DNA of 64,000 nt from Actinomycetota bacterium (GCA_046733335.1 JBKPOX010000084.1:6911-70910), one strand, 5' to 3'. Counted from the stretch's first letter, positions 8,226 through 19,399 are shown. The notes: generated by a model from the sequence alone, not told the origin. Program-made: numbers and translations.

Positions 8226-9242
8226 CTAAGCGACGATCTCGATGTGCGGCTTCTTCGCCGCCTCCTCGGGCGTCTCCCGGGCCAGCACCGCGTTGAGCGA
8301 GGCGATCGCCACTGCGAGCTGCTCTTCGTCGGGCTCGCGGGTGGTCAGGTTCTGCAGCATCAGCCCCGGCCACATCACCGCCCTCACCCAGGCTTTGCGC
8401 CGGTTCTTCCCCGCCCACTTGATCACCTCGTAGGAGAGCCCCGCGATCAGCGGGATGCCGAGGATGCGCGAGAGCACCAGCCAGTACCAGGCGGGCAACC
8501 CGATCGGCGCGAAGACGAAGATCGCCAGCACCATCACGATCAGCAGGAAGCTGGTCCCGCAGCGCGGGTGCAGGCGGGAGTAGAGCTTCGCCCGCGCGGG
8601 CACCAGCTCGTCTTCGGCCTCGTAGCAGGAGATCGTCTTGTGCTCGGCACCGTGGTACTCGAAGACGCGCCGCAGGTCGGGCATCTTGCTGATCGCGGCG
8701 ATGTAGGCGATGAAGATCCCCGTCCGCAGGATCCCCTCGACCAGCCAGAAGAGGAGGGGCGAGCCGAGCTTGTCCTTGATCAGGCTGGTGAGGCCGACCG
8801 GGACGACGAAGAAGAGGCCGACCGCGAGCAGCATCGAGATCACGATCGTCAGCCCCCAGACCCAGCCGCCGATCTCTTCCTGGTTGCCCTCCTCGTCCTC
8901 GTCCAGCTGCGCGTTGGCCGAGATCGCCAGGGCCTTGAAGCCGATCTTCAGCGACTCGCCGAGGGCAACGACGCCGCGGATCACCGGCAGGCGCCAGAGC
9001 CTATGCCGCTGCGCCCAGGGGACGAGCGATTCGGACTCGACCTCGATCTGCCCCTCCGGTGAGCGGACGGCGACGGCCCAGACGGAAATGCCGCGCATCA
9101 TCACGCCCTCGAGCACCGCCTGGCCGCCGACGGGGGCGTCGCGCTTGGCGACCAGCGCCCCGTCGGGCATGCGGACTGGGTCCCCTCCGTTGGCGGAGGA
9201 GGCCTCGTGCGTCGCCAGTGCCGAGCCCGACCGAGGGCTCAC
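8226..9242 (-). CDS. DUF1385 (YqhQ-like) membrane protein
   Basis: Motifs GGQAVLEGVMMRG and FEYHGAEHKTI..YE plus several TM segments. Sits directly after rpmE, a position I recall as typical for this family. Confidence 0.8.
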   Translation of the reverse strand: MSPRSGSALATHEASSANGGDPVRMPDGALVAKRDAPVGGQAVLEGVMMRGISVWAVAVRSPEGQIEVESESLVPWAQRHRLWRLPVIRGVVALGESLKIGFKALAISANAQLDEDEEGNQEEIGGWVWGLTIVISMLLAVGLFFVVPVGLTSLIKDKLGSPLLFWLVEGILRTGIFIAYIAAISKMPDLRRVFEYHGAEHKTISCYEAEDELVPARAKLYSRLHPRCGTSFLLIVMVLAIFVFAPIGLPAWYWLVLSRILGIPLIAGLSYEVIKWAGKNRRKAWVRAVMWPGLMLQNLTTREPDEEQLAVAIASLNAVLARETPEEAAKKPHIEIVA

Positions 9243-9245
9243 GGG

Positions 9246-9458
9246 CTACTTCCCAGCCCTGTGCTTGGCGGCGCGGCGCTGGAAGCGCTCGACGCGGCCG
9301 CCGGTGTCGACAAGCTTCTGCTTGCCCGTGTAGAAGGGGTGGCACTCGGAGCAGAGCTCGACGTGCAGGTCGGCTTGGGTCGACCGCGTGTAGAACTGGT
9401 TGCCGCACGAGCAGTGCACGTTGGCGAGCGTGTATTCGGGGTGGATTCCTGCCTTCAT
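9246..9458 (-). CDS. rpmE: 50S ribosomal protein L31 (Zn-ribbon type)
   Basis: [62 protein letters not shown]. Start is ATG 9458; the track ORF to 9605 is over-extended. Confidence 0.95.
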   Translation of the reverse strand: MKAGIHPEYTLANVHCSCGNQFYTRSTQADLHVELCSECHPFYTGKQKLVDTGGRVERFQRRAAKHRAGK

Positions 9459-9498
9459 TCCGACCAAGTCTAGAGAACCGGGCAAGCATTGCCGATAG

Positions 9499-10935
9499 GT
9501 GTCTGTGCGGAACGCGATCGGAGCCCTGCTGCTCGGGGGTGCGACCCTGGTGATCCTCCACGACTGGATGGGGATCGGCGGCGCCGGGCTCGACGTCGCG
9601 ATCAACGGCGTCGCCTACGACACGGTTGTCGTCTGCGCCGGCCTCGCCTGCCTGACCAGGGCTCGACGGGGCGGACCGGAGCGCGGCGCCTGGATCGCGA
9701 TCGCCGCCGCCGTGCTCGCCTGGGCGGCGGGCGAGATCTGGTGGACGCTGTACATCGAAGGCAATCCGAACGCCCCCTATCCCTCCCCCGCCGATCTCGG
9801 CTACCTCGGCTTCTACCCCCTGGCCGTCCTCGGGCTCTACCTGCTGGTCAGGGCGCGGGCCCGCGAGCTCGATCCACGGCTCTGGATGGACGGCCTGATC
9901 GCCGCGCTCGGAACCGGGGCCCTGGGAGCGGCACTGCTCTTCGAGTTCGTCGCCGACCGCACCAGCGGCACGGCGATCGAAGTGGCGACCACCCTCGCCT
10001 ATCCCTTCGGCGACGTGGTCCTGGTCTCGCTTGTGGTCGGAGTGATCGCGCTCACCCGCTGGCGCCCCGGCAGGACCTGGACGCTGCTGCTCGCCGGGCT
10101 GACGGTGATGGCGGTCGCCGACGTCGCCTTCACCCTCCAGACCTACGAAGCGACGGTACCGGGTGGCGACTGGGTCGAACCGATCTACCTGATCTCGGCG
10201 GTCCTGATCGGGGCCGAGGCCTGGCAGCCCGAGGCGGACCGCATCCTCCCCGACGCCCGCTTCGACGGCTGGCGCGAAATGGTCGTCCCGGGGATCGTCG
10301 CGGTGGCGATGGTCGCCCTCGTCGTCATGCAGTACTTCAGCCACGCCAGCGCCCTGACGACCGTGCTCTGGTCGACGACGATGCTGGCGGTGATCGGCCG
10401 GCTCGCGCTCAGCCTGCGCGAGAACAAGCGGCTGCTCGAACAGGTTCGGACCGACCGGTTGACCGGCCTCGGCAGCCAGGCGAGGCTGCAGATGGACCTC
10501 GAGCGCCGCGGGCGCTCGCCCGGTGGACCGCTGGCCCTGATCCTCCTCGACCTCAACGGGTTCAAGCGCTACAACGACACCTTCGGCCACCCGGCGGGCG
10601 ACGCGATTCTCGGGGAGCTGGGGAGGAAGCTGGGTGAAGCGGTGGCGTCGGAGGGGACCGCCTACCGCCTCGGCGGCGACGAGTTCCTCGTCCTGATCGA
10701 CGGCGCCGCCGATCGGGAGGGGGTCTGCAGACGCGCCGCGGAAGCGCTGAGCGCCCGCGGGCCCGGATACGAGCTCAGCGCCGCCTGGGGTCAGGCGGCC
10801 GTACCGGAGGAGGCGGCGACGCCGAGCGAGGCGATGCAGCTCGCCGACGTACGGATGTACGCGCAGAAGGAGTCCCGGCGCCTGGCCGGGCCCCTATCGG
10901 CCCCCGACCGCGAAGCCCTCGAGCAGCGTCACTAG
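9499..10935 (+). CDS. membrane-bound diguanylate cyclase (GGDEF domain)
   Basis: About 300 aa of multi-TM N-terminal domain, then [14 protein letters not shown]...[25 protein letters not shown]...[12 protein letters not shown] (GGDEF with an RxxD-like site upstream). Confidence 0.9.
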   Translation: MSVRNAIGALLLGGATLVILHDWMGIGGAGLDVAINGVAYDTVVVCAGLACLTRARRGGPERGAWIAIAAAVLAWAAGEIWWTLYIEGNPNAPYPSPADLGYLGFYPLAVLGLYLLVRARARELDPRLWMDGLIAALGTGALGAALLFEFVADRTSGTAIEVATTLAYPFGDVVLVSLVVGVIALTRWRPGRTWTLLLAGLTVMAVADVAFTLQTYEATVPGGDWVEPIYLISAVLIGAEAWQPEADRILPDARFDGWREMVVPGIVAVAMVALVVMQYFSHASALTTVLWSTTMLAVIGRLALSLRENKRLLEQVRTDRLTGLGSQARLQMDLERRGRSPGGPLALILLDLNGFKRYNDTFGHPAGDAILGELGRKLGEAVASEGTAYRLGGDEFLVLIDGAADREGVCRRAAEALSARGPGYELSAAWGQAAVPEEAATPSEAMQLADVRMYAQKESRRLAGPLSAPDREALEQRH

Positions 10936-11517
10936 GACCTCGGTCACCTCGGCCCGCGCCTCGGGTCGCCCGTCGCGGGCGAGCACCATCGCGGCCTCGT
11001 CCAGCGCCCCCATCAGCAGGTGGGCGGACTGCCGCACCGGCAGGGGGCGGATCTCCCCCGCCTCGATCGCCGCCCCCAGGCTGGCTTCGATCAGGCCGAG
11101 GCCGTTGGCGGCGCCGATCTCGCGCCAGCGCTCCCAGCCCAGCACGGCGGGGGCGTCGTGGAGGGCGATCTGGCGCAGCTCGGGTCGCGCGCACTCCTCG
11201 AGGAAGGCCTCGATCCCCGCCTTCATCGCCTCCAGCGGGCTCTCCAGCTCCGAGCCGAGGACGACGCGGGCGACCCGCTCGGTCGATTCCGCCTCGACCC
11301 GCGCGTAGACGGCGTCGAGCAGGCTCGCCTTGTCGCCGAAGTGGTGGTAGAGCGCGCCGCGGGTCACCCCGGCTGCGCGGACGACCTCCTCGGTGCCGAC
11401 CTGCTCGTAGCCGCGCTCGGTGAAGAGCGCGCGGGCGGCGGCGATCAGCGCCTCCCGCGTCGCCTCCGTGCGTTCGGCCTGGGTGCGGCGCCTCTCCGAT
11501 TCTGGACTTACGTGCAT
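10894..11517 (-). CDS. TetR family transcriptional regulator
   Basis: TREALIAAARALFTERGYEQVGTEEVVRAAGVTRGALYHHFGDKASLL. Divergent from the hydrolase gene. Confidence 0.9.
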   Translation of the reverse strand: MHVSPESERRRTQAERTEATREALIAAARALFTERGYEQVGTEEVVRAAGVTRGALYHHFGDKASLLDAVYARVEAESTERVARVVLGSELESPLEAMKAGIEAFLEECARPELRQIALHDAPAVLGWERWREIGAANGLGLIEASLGAAIEAGEIRPLPVRQSAHLLMGALDEAAMVLARDGRPEARAEVTEVLVTLLEGFAVGGR

Positions 11518-11566
11518 GCAGTATGTATGTTACTTGGGTCTTTGAAAAGCCGAAGGAGGCGCAATC

Positions 11567-12403
11567 GTGACGGAGCAACGCAAGGAAATCCAACTCGCCG
11601 GCGGCAGGGTCCGGTACCGGGAGGCGGGCGCCGGCAAGCCGATCGTCTTCGTCCACGGGTACCTCGTCGACGGCCGGCTCTGGGACGGGGTTGTCGACCG
11701 TCTCTCCGATCGCTTCCGCTGCCTCGCCCCCGACTGGCCGCTCGGCGCCCAGCAGGTGGCGATGAACCCCGACGCCGACCTCTCCCCTCCCGGCCTCGCG
11801 CGCCTGATCGCCGAGTTCGTCGAGCGGCTGGAGCTGGAGGACGTGACGATCGTCGGCAACGACTCCGGCGGCGCCATCTCCCAGGTCCTCGCCGCGAACC
11901 ACCCGGAGCGGGTCGCGCGCCTCGCGCTGACCAACTGCGACACCCACGAGAACTTCCCGCCCGGGCCCTTCAAGGCGATGCCGCCGCTGGCTAAGCTGCC
12001 GGGCGGGATGGTCGTGCTCTCGGCGCCGTTCCGGATCCCCGCCGTCGCCCGCCTCGCCTTCGCCCCGTTCGCGCGCACCAAGATCCCGGACGATCTGGTT
12101 GCCTCCTGGATGCGTCCGGCGATGGAGGACCGCGAGATCATGCGCGACCTGAAGAAGGTCACCGCCGGCCTCGACAAGCGCTACACCATCGACGCGGCCG
12201 AGAAGCTTCGCGGCTCACAGCTGACGATCCGCCTGCTCTGGGCGCCGGGCGACAGGTACTTCCCGATCTCCTACGCGGAGCGCCTCGCCGGCGAAGTCGC
12301 CAACGCCGAGATCGTCCGCATCCCGGACGCCAAGACCTTTGTCCCGCTCGACCAGCCCCAGCGCGTCGCCGAAGAGATCGCGAGGTTCGCGCCGACGGGG
12401 TGA
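11567..12403 (+). CDS. alpha/beta-fold hydrolase
   Basis: IVFVHGYLVDGRLW (oxyanion region) and IVGNDSGGAIS (nucleophile elbow GxSxG). 278 aa. GGAGG precedes the GTG at 11567. Confidence 0.85.
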   Translation: MTEQRKEIQLAGGRVRYREAGAGKPIVFVHGYLVDGRLWDGVVDRLSDRFRCLAPDWPLGAQQVAMNPDADLSPPGLARLIAEFVERLELEDVTIVGNDSGGAISQVLAANHPERVARLALTNCDTHENFPPGPFKAMPPLAKLPGGMVVLSAPFRIPAVARLAFAPFARTKIPDDLVASWMRPAMEDREIMRDLKKVTAGLDKRYTIDAAEKLRGSQLTIRLLWAPGDRYFPISYAERLAGEVANAEIVRIPDAKTFVPLDQPQRVAEEIARFAPTG

Positions 12404-12537
12404 TCTTCATGCTCAGTTTCCGGGTTCGCTCGCGCACCTAAAACGAACAGGCGTTCCCAAACGCTCGCAAAAAGCATATTTTTCGTCCGACGGGCTGGGA
12501 AATCTTTGGCCAACGCCCCCTACAGGACGGAGTCATA

Positions 12538-12746
12538 TGTCCAAGCAGATCTTCGACCAGGATCGGCCCCGCAGCACGATGGCGCAGCGCCTCGACGAAG
12601 CGTTCGCCGGCTGCGACCAGTGGACCGTGGTCGCGGCACCGCCGCGCCGCAGCGGTCTAGATCTCAGCCCCGCCACCTCGAGCAGCGCGAGGATCTTCGA
12701 TCGGGCCGCGGCGGCGGTCGGCACTCAGGAGCCGCGCGCGCTGTAA
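12538..12746 (+). CDS. small hypothetical protein (69 aa)
   Basis: ATG at 12538 is preceded by GGACGGAG. Third-codon positions are strongly G/C-biased, consistent with coding. No recognisable motif. Confidence 0.25.
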
Positions 12747-12959
12747 CAGAGCTGTGTGGGCGTGCGCTCGCCCGCGATCTCTCAGTGGTAGCGCATGAAA
12801 ATCCAGCCGCCGCCGAGCCCCACCACCCGGGAGCAGCAGCAAGGATGCCTGCCCGATCAGTTCCTCGTCCGCGCCGAGGAGCTTCAAGCCGATCACCCAC
12901 CCAAAGGTGAGAACGGGAATCGCGAGTCCAAACAGGATGAAAGCAGTGCGCTCGCTCAT
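12657..12959 (-). CDS. small membrane protein; 3' half of the ORF is doubtful (possible frameshift or early end)
   Basis: Strong SD (TGAGGAGGCGAA-ATG at 12959). The N-terminus MSERTAFILFGLAIPVLTFGWVIGLKLLG is a clean TM helix. After about residue 43 the track frame turns Arg/Ala-rich. The +1 frame instead reads VVGLGGGWIFMRYH-stop at 12782. Confidence 0.3.
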   Translation of the reverse strand: MSERTAFILFGLAIPVLTFGWVIGLKLLGADEELIGQASLLLLPGGGARRRLDFHALPLRDRGRAHAHTALLQRARLLSADRRRGPIEDPRAARGGGAEI

Positions 12960-13252
12960 TTCGCCTCCTCAGACATAACATTACCCTATTACCGCAGCAG
13001 CGGCGATGAGAAACACGGCAAGCAGCAGTTCGGCCAAGCCTCCGACCACCGTCGCCGCTCTTACCGACCTCTCGTCCGCCTTGACAAGAGCAGGCGGAGT
13101 ATCAGGAAGCCGCAGATCGCAATGCACGCAGCCATCAGCCCGGCACCTGAGGCGAAATCACCGATCAGGGACCCGACGGGAGGCACCCGCGGACCGTAGA
13201 CGGCAGATCCGCGCGCGGGTCGCGCGGATCGTGCCGCTGGCGAACGGCTCCT

Positions 13253-14956
13253 CTACGTCTCCTGGTACAGCGGGCCGTCGCCGCCCTCGGGCAGGGTGAG
13301 GCGGCCGCCCTTGGCGGTGATCGCGCCGCACTGGACGCAGTTGGAGGCCGTGACGTGGACATCGACCTCGGCGGCGCCGTTCTCCAGCTGCTCCTCGGGG
13401 ATCTCGTAGACCTGCGCCGGGCACATCGAGACCCAGGTCTGGGCGACCTCGCGGGGGACGCGGGTCTGGATGCGGACGTGGTTGGGGGCGTCGTCGCGGG
13501 TCGCGTTGCCGGAGAGGAAGACCGAGTCGAGCTTGTTGAAAGTCACCTCGTTGTCGGGCTTCGGGTATTTGTCCCCCGCGTTGCCGATGAAGACCGGCAC
13601 CTCGGCGTTGTCCTCGACCTTCCAGTGGCCGCCGGGGAAGGCGCCTTTGGTCGCGACCATCGCGCTCCCCATCGCGCCGCCGAAGATCAGGCCGCGGGTC
13701 AGCGGCTGCTTCATGTTCCGCGAGCGGTAGAGGTCCTTCTCGATCTCCGAACCGCGGATCTTCTCGTCGTAGCTTTCGAAGTTGACCGAGTCGATGTCCT
13801 GCTTCAGCGACTCGACGATCGCTTCCGCCGCGTACATCCCCGCGTGCATCGCGTAGTGGACGCCGGCGAGTTCGGCGATGTTGACCATCCCCGCCGCGTC
13901 GCCGGCGACCAGCATGCCCGGCACCGAGAAGCGCTTCGGCAGCGCCCAGTAGCCGCCCGACGGAATCGTCTTCGCGCCCCAGCCGACCCGCTTGCCGCCC
14001 TCGATGATCTTGGCGATGAAGGGGTGGGTCTTGAACAGCTGCAGGGCGTCGTGGACCGAGAAGGTGGCGTCGGTCGTGTCGAGGCCGACGACGAGGCCGA
14101 AGCAGACCTTGTCCTCGCCCATCGGGTAGATGAAGCTGCCGCCCGCCTCCTTGTAGCGGGGGCTCCAGCGCAGCGGCCAGCCGAGCGTGTGGATCACCCG
14201 GTCCAGCGGCTTCGGCACCTCCCAGATCTCCTTCACCCCGAGCTCCCACGCCTGCGGGTCGGAGCCGTGCATGTCGAAGTAGTCGTAGGCGGCGTAGGTG
14301 AGGTGGCCGAGGGTGCCCTCGGAGAGCACCGTCGCCTTGGCGACGACGTCGGAGCCGGGCTCGAAGTTGCCGAGCTCTTCGCCCTCCTTGCCGCGGCCGC
14401 GATCGCCAGAGCGGACGCCCCTGACGATGCGGTCCTCGACCAGGAGCTGGGTCGCGGCGGTCTCGGTGAGGATGTAGACGCCGGCCTCTTCGGCTTTCTC
14501 GGCCAGGAATCGGCCGAGTTTGGAGACCGACATCGTGTAGGTCCCCTCTTTGCGGAAGTTCGGCGGCGGCGGCTTCAGCGGGAACGCTTTGCTCTTGGTG
14601 AGGAAGTAGGTCGCGTCCTTCGTCACCTCCTGGTAGACCGGCGGCCACTCCGACGGCGGCAGGTCGGGGAAGAGCCGTTCCAGCGCCGAAGGATCGACGT
14701 TGGCGCCGGAGAGCAGGTGCGCCCCGGCGACTTTCCCCTTCTCGATTACCGCGACCGGGACTTCGCCGAGCTTCTCGGTCAGCTCCGGCTCGTCCTCCAG
14801 CAGCTGCATGAGCTTGTTCGCGCAGGCGAGGCCGGCGGGGCCGCCGCCGACGATCGCGATGCCGACCTCGATCCGCTCGTCCTCGGGATCCGTCGGCGCA
14901 GCGATGACGCTGTCCGGATCGAACGGCGGCGGGAACTCACTCGGTGCAACCGCCAT
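13253..14956 (-). CDS. electron-transfer flavoprotein:quinone oxidoreductase (ETF-QO)
   Basis: 567 aa. FAD motif IAIVGGGPAGLACA; C-terminal 4Fe-4S region CPAQVYE...ASNCVQCGAITAKGG. Confidence 0.93.
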   Translation of the reverse strand: MAVAPSEFPPPFDPDSVIAAPTDPEDERIEVGIAIVGGGPAGLACANKLMQLLEDEPELTEKLGEVPVAVIEKGKVAGAHLLSGANVDPSALERLFPDLPPSEWPPVYQEVTKDATYFLTKSKAFPLKPPPPNFRKEGTYTMSVSKLGRFLAEKAEEAGVYILTETAATQLLVEDRIVRGVRSGDRGRGKEGEELGNFEPGSDVVAKATVLSEGTLGHLTYAAYDYFDMHGSDPQAWELGVKEIWEVPKPLDRVIHTLGWPLRWSPRYKEAGGSFIYPMGEDKVCFGLVVGLDTTDATFSVHDALQLFKTHPFIAKIIEGGKRVGWGAKTIPSGGYWALPKRFSVPGMLVAGDAAGMVNIAELAGVHYAMHAGMYAAEAIVESLKQDIDSVNFESYDEKIRGSEIEKDLYRSRNMKQPLTRGLIFGGAMGSAMVATKGAFPGGHWKVEDNAEVPVFIGNAGDKYPKPDNEVTFNKLDSVFLSGNATRDDAPNHVRIQTRVPREVAQTWVSMCPAQVYEIPEEQLENGAAEVDVHVTASNCVQCGAITAKGGRLTLPEGGDGPLYQET

Positions 14957-14963
14957 GACTAGA

Positions 14964-15938
14964 TCAGCCGCCCCTCTTCGCCTTGATCGCCTCGGTCAGC
15001 TTGGGGACGATTTTGTGCAGGTCGCCCACCACGCCGAGGTCCGAGAACTCGAAGATCGGCGCGTTCGGGTCCTTGTTGATCGCGAGGATGTTTTCCGAGT
15101 TCTGCATCCCGACCTTGTGCTGGATCGCCCCGGAGACGCCGGCGGCGAGGTACAGCTTCGGCGCCACGGTCTTCCCGGTCTGGCCGATCTGGGCCGCGTA
15201 GGGGTACCAGCCGGCGTCGACCACCGCACGGGTCGCGGCGACGGCGCCGCCCATCGACTCGGCGAGCTGCTCGCAGAGCTCGAAGCCCTCTTTGGCGCCC
15301 AGACCGCGACCGCCGCCGACGAGGATGTCGGCGTCCTCGATGTTGACGTCGGCGCCGCGCTGCTCGCCGCGCTGGACCAGCTTCGCCTTGGACGACCACT
15401 CGGAGAGCTCGACGTCGACGTCGACCACCTCGGCCGCGCCCCCCGACTCGTTGGCGTCGAAGGCGTTGAGGCGGCCGATGATGATGCCGGGCTCGGAGAC
15501 GTAGCCGACGTCGGCGACCTCGGAGTCCTGCAGGATCGGCCGCTCGACGACCAGCTTGCCGTCCTGGACCTTGACCGCGGTGACCTCCATCGTCACGCCG
15601 GCGCCGAGGCGGGCGGTGAGGCCGGCCCCGATCTCGAAGCCGAGCAGGCCACCGCCGAAGAGGGCGTAGGAGAAGCCCTCGTCGCCGATCACCTTGGCCA
15701 TCGCGTCGACGATCGGCTGGGCCAGGCCCTCGGGCACGTTCTTGGCCCGGTAGACCTTGGCGGCGCCGTAGTTTCCGAGGCCGGCGCAGGCGTCGTCGGC
15801 GACCTCGCCGACGACCAGCGCGGCGGCTTCGCCGCCGACTTCGCCGGCCAGCTTCGCGGCCTCGGAGATCGCCCCGAGCGAGTTCTTGTTGAAGTTGCCC
15901 TCGTCGTCGTGGAGGGCGTAAACCAGGATGCCTGCCAT
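14964..15938 (-). CDS. etfA: electron transfer flavoprotein subunit alpha
   Basis: 324 aa. C-terminal FAD-binding region ...VGGGRGLG...AATRAVVDAGW...QIGQTGKTVAPKLYLAAGVSGAIQH. Confidence 0.95.
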   Translation of the reverse strand: MAGILVYALHDDEGNFNKNSLGAISEAAKLAGEVGGEAAALVVGEVADDACAGLGNYGAAKVYRAKNVPEGLAQPIVDAMAKVIGDEGFSYALFGGGLLGFEIGAGLTARLGAGVTMEVTAVKVQDGKLVVERPILQDSEVADVGYVSEPGIIIGRLNAFDANESGGAAEVVDVDVELSEWSSKAKLVQRGEQRGADVNIEDADILVGGGRGLGAKEGFELCEQLAESMGGAVAATRAVVDAGWYPYAAQIGQTGKTVAPKLYLAAGVSGAIQHKVGMQNSENILAINKDPNAPIFEFSDLGVVGDLHKIVPKLTEAIKAKRGG

Positions 15939-16730
15939 CTAGATCAGCTTCCTCTCGTCGAGCCAGGCGACGATCTTTTCGACCGTCTCGTTGGTGTCCT
16001 CGTCCTCGATGATCTCCCCCGCTTCCTTGGCCGGCGGCGGGTTCAGGGCCAGGACCTTCGTCTTCGAGCCGCCTTCGCCGACCTGGCCGGCGTCGATGCC
16101 GACGTCGCCGGTGGCCTTCGAGTCGAGCGGTTTCTTTTTCGCCCCCATGATCGCTTTCAGGCTCGGGTAGCGCGGCTCGTTGATTGCGTCGCCGACGCTG
16201 ATCACGGCCGGCAGCTCGACCTCGACGGTGTCGTAGCCGTACTCAGCCTGGCGCTCGCAGCGCAGCTTGCCGTCGCTGACGTCAATCTGGATCACCTGGG
16301 TCAGCGACGGCATCTTCAGGTGGTCGGCGACAACCGCACCGATCGTGTAGCACTCGCCGTCATCGGACTGCTGGCCCAGCAGGACCAGGTCGGGACTCTC
16401 CGACTCGAGCACTTTCGCCAGCGCGTAGCCGGTTGCGCAGACGTCGGAGCCGGCAAGCGCGTCGTCGGCGAGGTGCACCGAACGGTCGGCGCCAAGCGCG
16501 ACGGCCTTGTGCAGCGCGCGGACGGCGGAGCTCGGCCCCATCGTCACCGCGACGACCTCCTCGACCGGGATCGCGCCACCCTCCTTGATCTGCATCGCCG
16601 CCTCGAGGGCGTGCGTGTCGAAGGGGTTGAGATTTTTCTCGCCGCTGCGGTCCAGCCGCATCGTGTTGGGGTCGATGCGCTTCTGGACGGCGGCGTCCGG
16701 GACCTCCTTGACCAGGACGCAGATCTTCAA
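15939..16730 (-). CDS. etfB: electron transfer flavoprotein subunit beta
   Basis: MKICVLVKEVPD...NPFDTHALEAAMQIKE. The TTG at 16730 has AAGGAGG 7 nt upstream. The track start at 16736 is also a TTG. Confidence 0.93.
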   Translation of the reverse strand: MKICVLVKEVPDAAVQKRIDPNTMRLDRSGEKNLNPFDTHALEAAMQIKEGGAIPVEEVVAVTMGPSSAVRALHKAVALGADRSVHLADDALAGSDVCATGYALAKVLESESPDLVLLGQQSDDGECYTIGAVVADHLKMPSLTQVIQIDVSDGKLRCERQAEYGYDTVEVELPAVISVGDAINEPRYPSLKAIMGAKKKPLDSKATGDVGIDAGQVGEGGSKTKVLALNPPPAKEAGEIIEDEDTNETVEKIVAWLDERKLI

Positions 16731-16827
16731 GTTCAAGCCTCCTTGGGGACGATTCTCAGGTCTTCGCGGGCGGCGGTCTCCGCCTCACGCGGCCCGTCGC
16801 GGGCGCGATCTTAGCGTCTGCCGTCGG

Positions 16828-16843
16828 TTGACTGACGAGTCAA
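16828..16843. promoter_or_regulatory. short palindrome TTGACT-GACG-AGTCAA upstream of etfB (possible operator)
   Basis: 6-bp arms with a 4-nt spacer, about 100 nt upstream of the etfBA-ETF-QO operon start, in a 180-nt intergenic region. Confidence 0.2.
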
Positions 16844-16917
16844 TCAGGATCATACCCGGATCGGCCGGACCTATGCACCGATCCGTGTCGGATATCACGC
16901 AGGGACGGCGTGGGGCC

Positions 16918-17343
16918 TCAGTTTTCGGCGGCGTGGCGGGCGCTGGCGCGCTCGCGGATGAAATCGACGATGTCGTCGGTCCCGGCCCCGGGCGTGAAGA
17001 CCTCCGCCACTCCGAGCTTCTTCAGCTCGGGGATGTCGTCGGCGGGGATCGTCCCCCCCACCGTCACCAGCACGTCGTCGACTCCCTGCGCCTGCAGCAG
17101 CTCGACCACCTTCGGGACCAGCGTCATGTGGGCGCCGGAGAGGATCGAGAGCCCAACCGCGTCGGCGTCCTCCTGGATCACGGTCTCGGCGATCTGCTCG
17201 GGCGTCTGGTGCAGGCCGGTGTAGATCACCTCCATCCCGGCGTCGCGGAGGGCGCGGGCGATGATCTTGGCGCCGCGGTCGTGCCCGTCGAGGCCGGGCT
17301 TGGCGACGACGACGCGGATCTTGCGGGCGGTTGCTGCCTCCAT
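16918..17343 (-). CDS. cobalamin-binding domain protein (methylmalonyl/isobutyryl-CoA mutase small subunit type)
   Basis: [34 protein letters not shown]...GLSILSGAH (DxHxxG B12-binding signature). 141 aa. Confidence 0.9.
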   Translation of the reverse strand: MEAATARKIRVVVAKPGLDGHDRGAKIIARALRDAGMEVIYTGLHQTPEQIAETVIQEDADAVGLSILSGAHMTLVPKVVELLQAQGVDDVLVTVGGTIPADDIPELKKLGVAEVFTPGAGTDDIVDFIRERASARHAAEN

Positions 17344-17380
17344 GCGGGCGGGAAGCCTACCGGTCCGCCCCCTTCCTCCC

Positions 17381-17429
17381 GAACTGCATCAAATTTCAGG
17401 CCTGCTGGCCCGGAAATTTGATGCAGTTC
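17381..17429. repeat. palindromic intergenic element, copy 1
   Basis: GAACTGCATCAAATTTC (17381-17397) and its exact reverse complement (17413-17429) flank a 15-nt loop. Near-identical copy at 30912-30960. Lies 4 nt after the stop of the HAD gene and before the B12-domain gene (minus strand). Confidence 0.85.
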
Positions 17430-17432
17430 GAT

Positions 17433-18223
17433 TTACGGGCGGACGCGCAGGCGACGCGGCGGCGGGACGCGGCGGCGGGCGGCGACCCGCGAGGCGCCGA
17501 AGCCGGCGACGGTCGCGAGCAGCGTCACCGCCAGCGCCACCAGGCGGCGGCCGAGACGCTCGAAGCGCATCACCTCCCAGCCCTCGGCCCGGGCGATCTC
17601 CGCCAGCGGCGGATCGGGGTTGACGGCGACCGGGTTGCCGACCGCGCGCAGCATCGGCAGGTCGGAGATCGAGTCGGAGTAGGCATAGGAGTCGGCAAGC
17701 TCGATTCCGTGGCTGGCCGCGAACTCGCGCATCGCCTCCACCTTCCCCTCGCCGTAGACGAAGGGGCCGTCGAGGCGGCCGGTGAAGTTGCCGTCCACGT
17801 CGATCTCGTAGCGGGTGCCGATGCCTCCCTCCATCCCCAGCACGTGCGCCAGCTGCTCGACCACCCCGTTGCCGGCGGCGCTGACGATGAAGGTCGGCCG
17901 CCCGGCGTCCTGGTGGGCGTAGACCTCCTCGAGCATCTGCGGGAACACGCGCGGCAGGATCGCGGCCATCACCTCCGGTCCCATCCGGTCGACCATCCGC
18001 GCCGGGACGCCGGTGATCAGCTCGCGCGCCACCTTCAGCACCTCGGCGGTGCGGGCGTCGGTGGTGCCGCGCAGCCGGTAGCGCAGGTGCTCGAACCCCC
18101 AGCTGGCGAGCTGCCGCTTGCCGACGATCCCCTGGCGGGAGGCGATGCGGGCGAACTGCATCCCGCTCGACCCCGCCATGAGGGTCTTGTCCAGATCGAA
18201 GAAAGCCGCAGCGCGCTGAACCG

Positions 18224-18227
<4 letters not shown>
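17433..18227 (-). CDS. HAD-IB family hydrolase (SerB-like phosphatase family)
   Basis: AAFFDLDKTLM (DxD motif I), IVSAAG, YGEGK, AYSDSISDLPML. GTG at 18227 overlaps the thiolase stop by 4 nt. The upstream part of track ORF 17433..18614 is shadow sequence. Confidence 0.85.
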
Positions 18228-19399
<1,172 letters not shown>

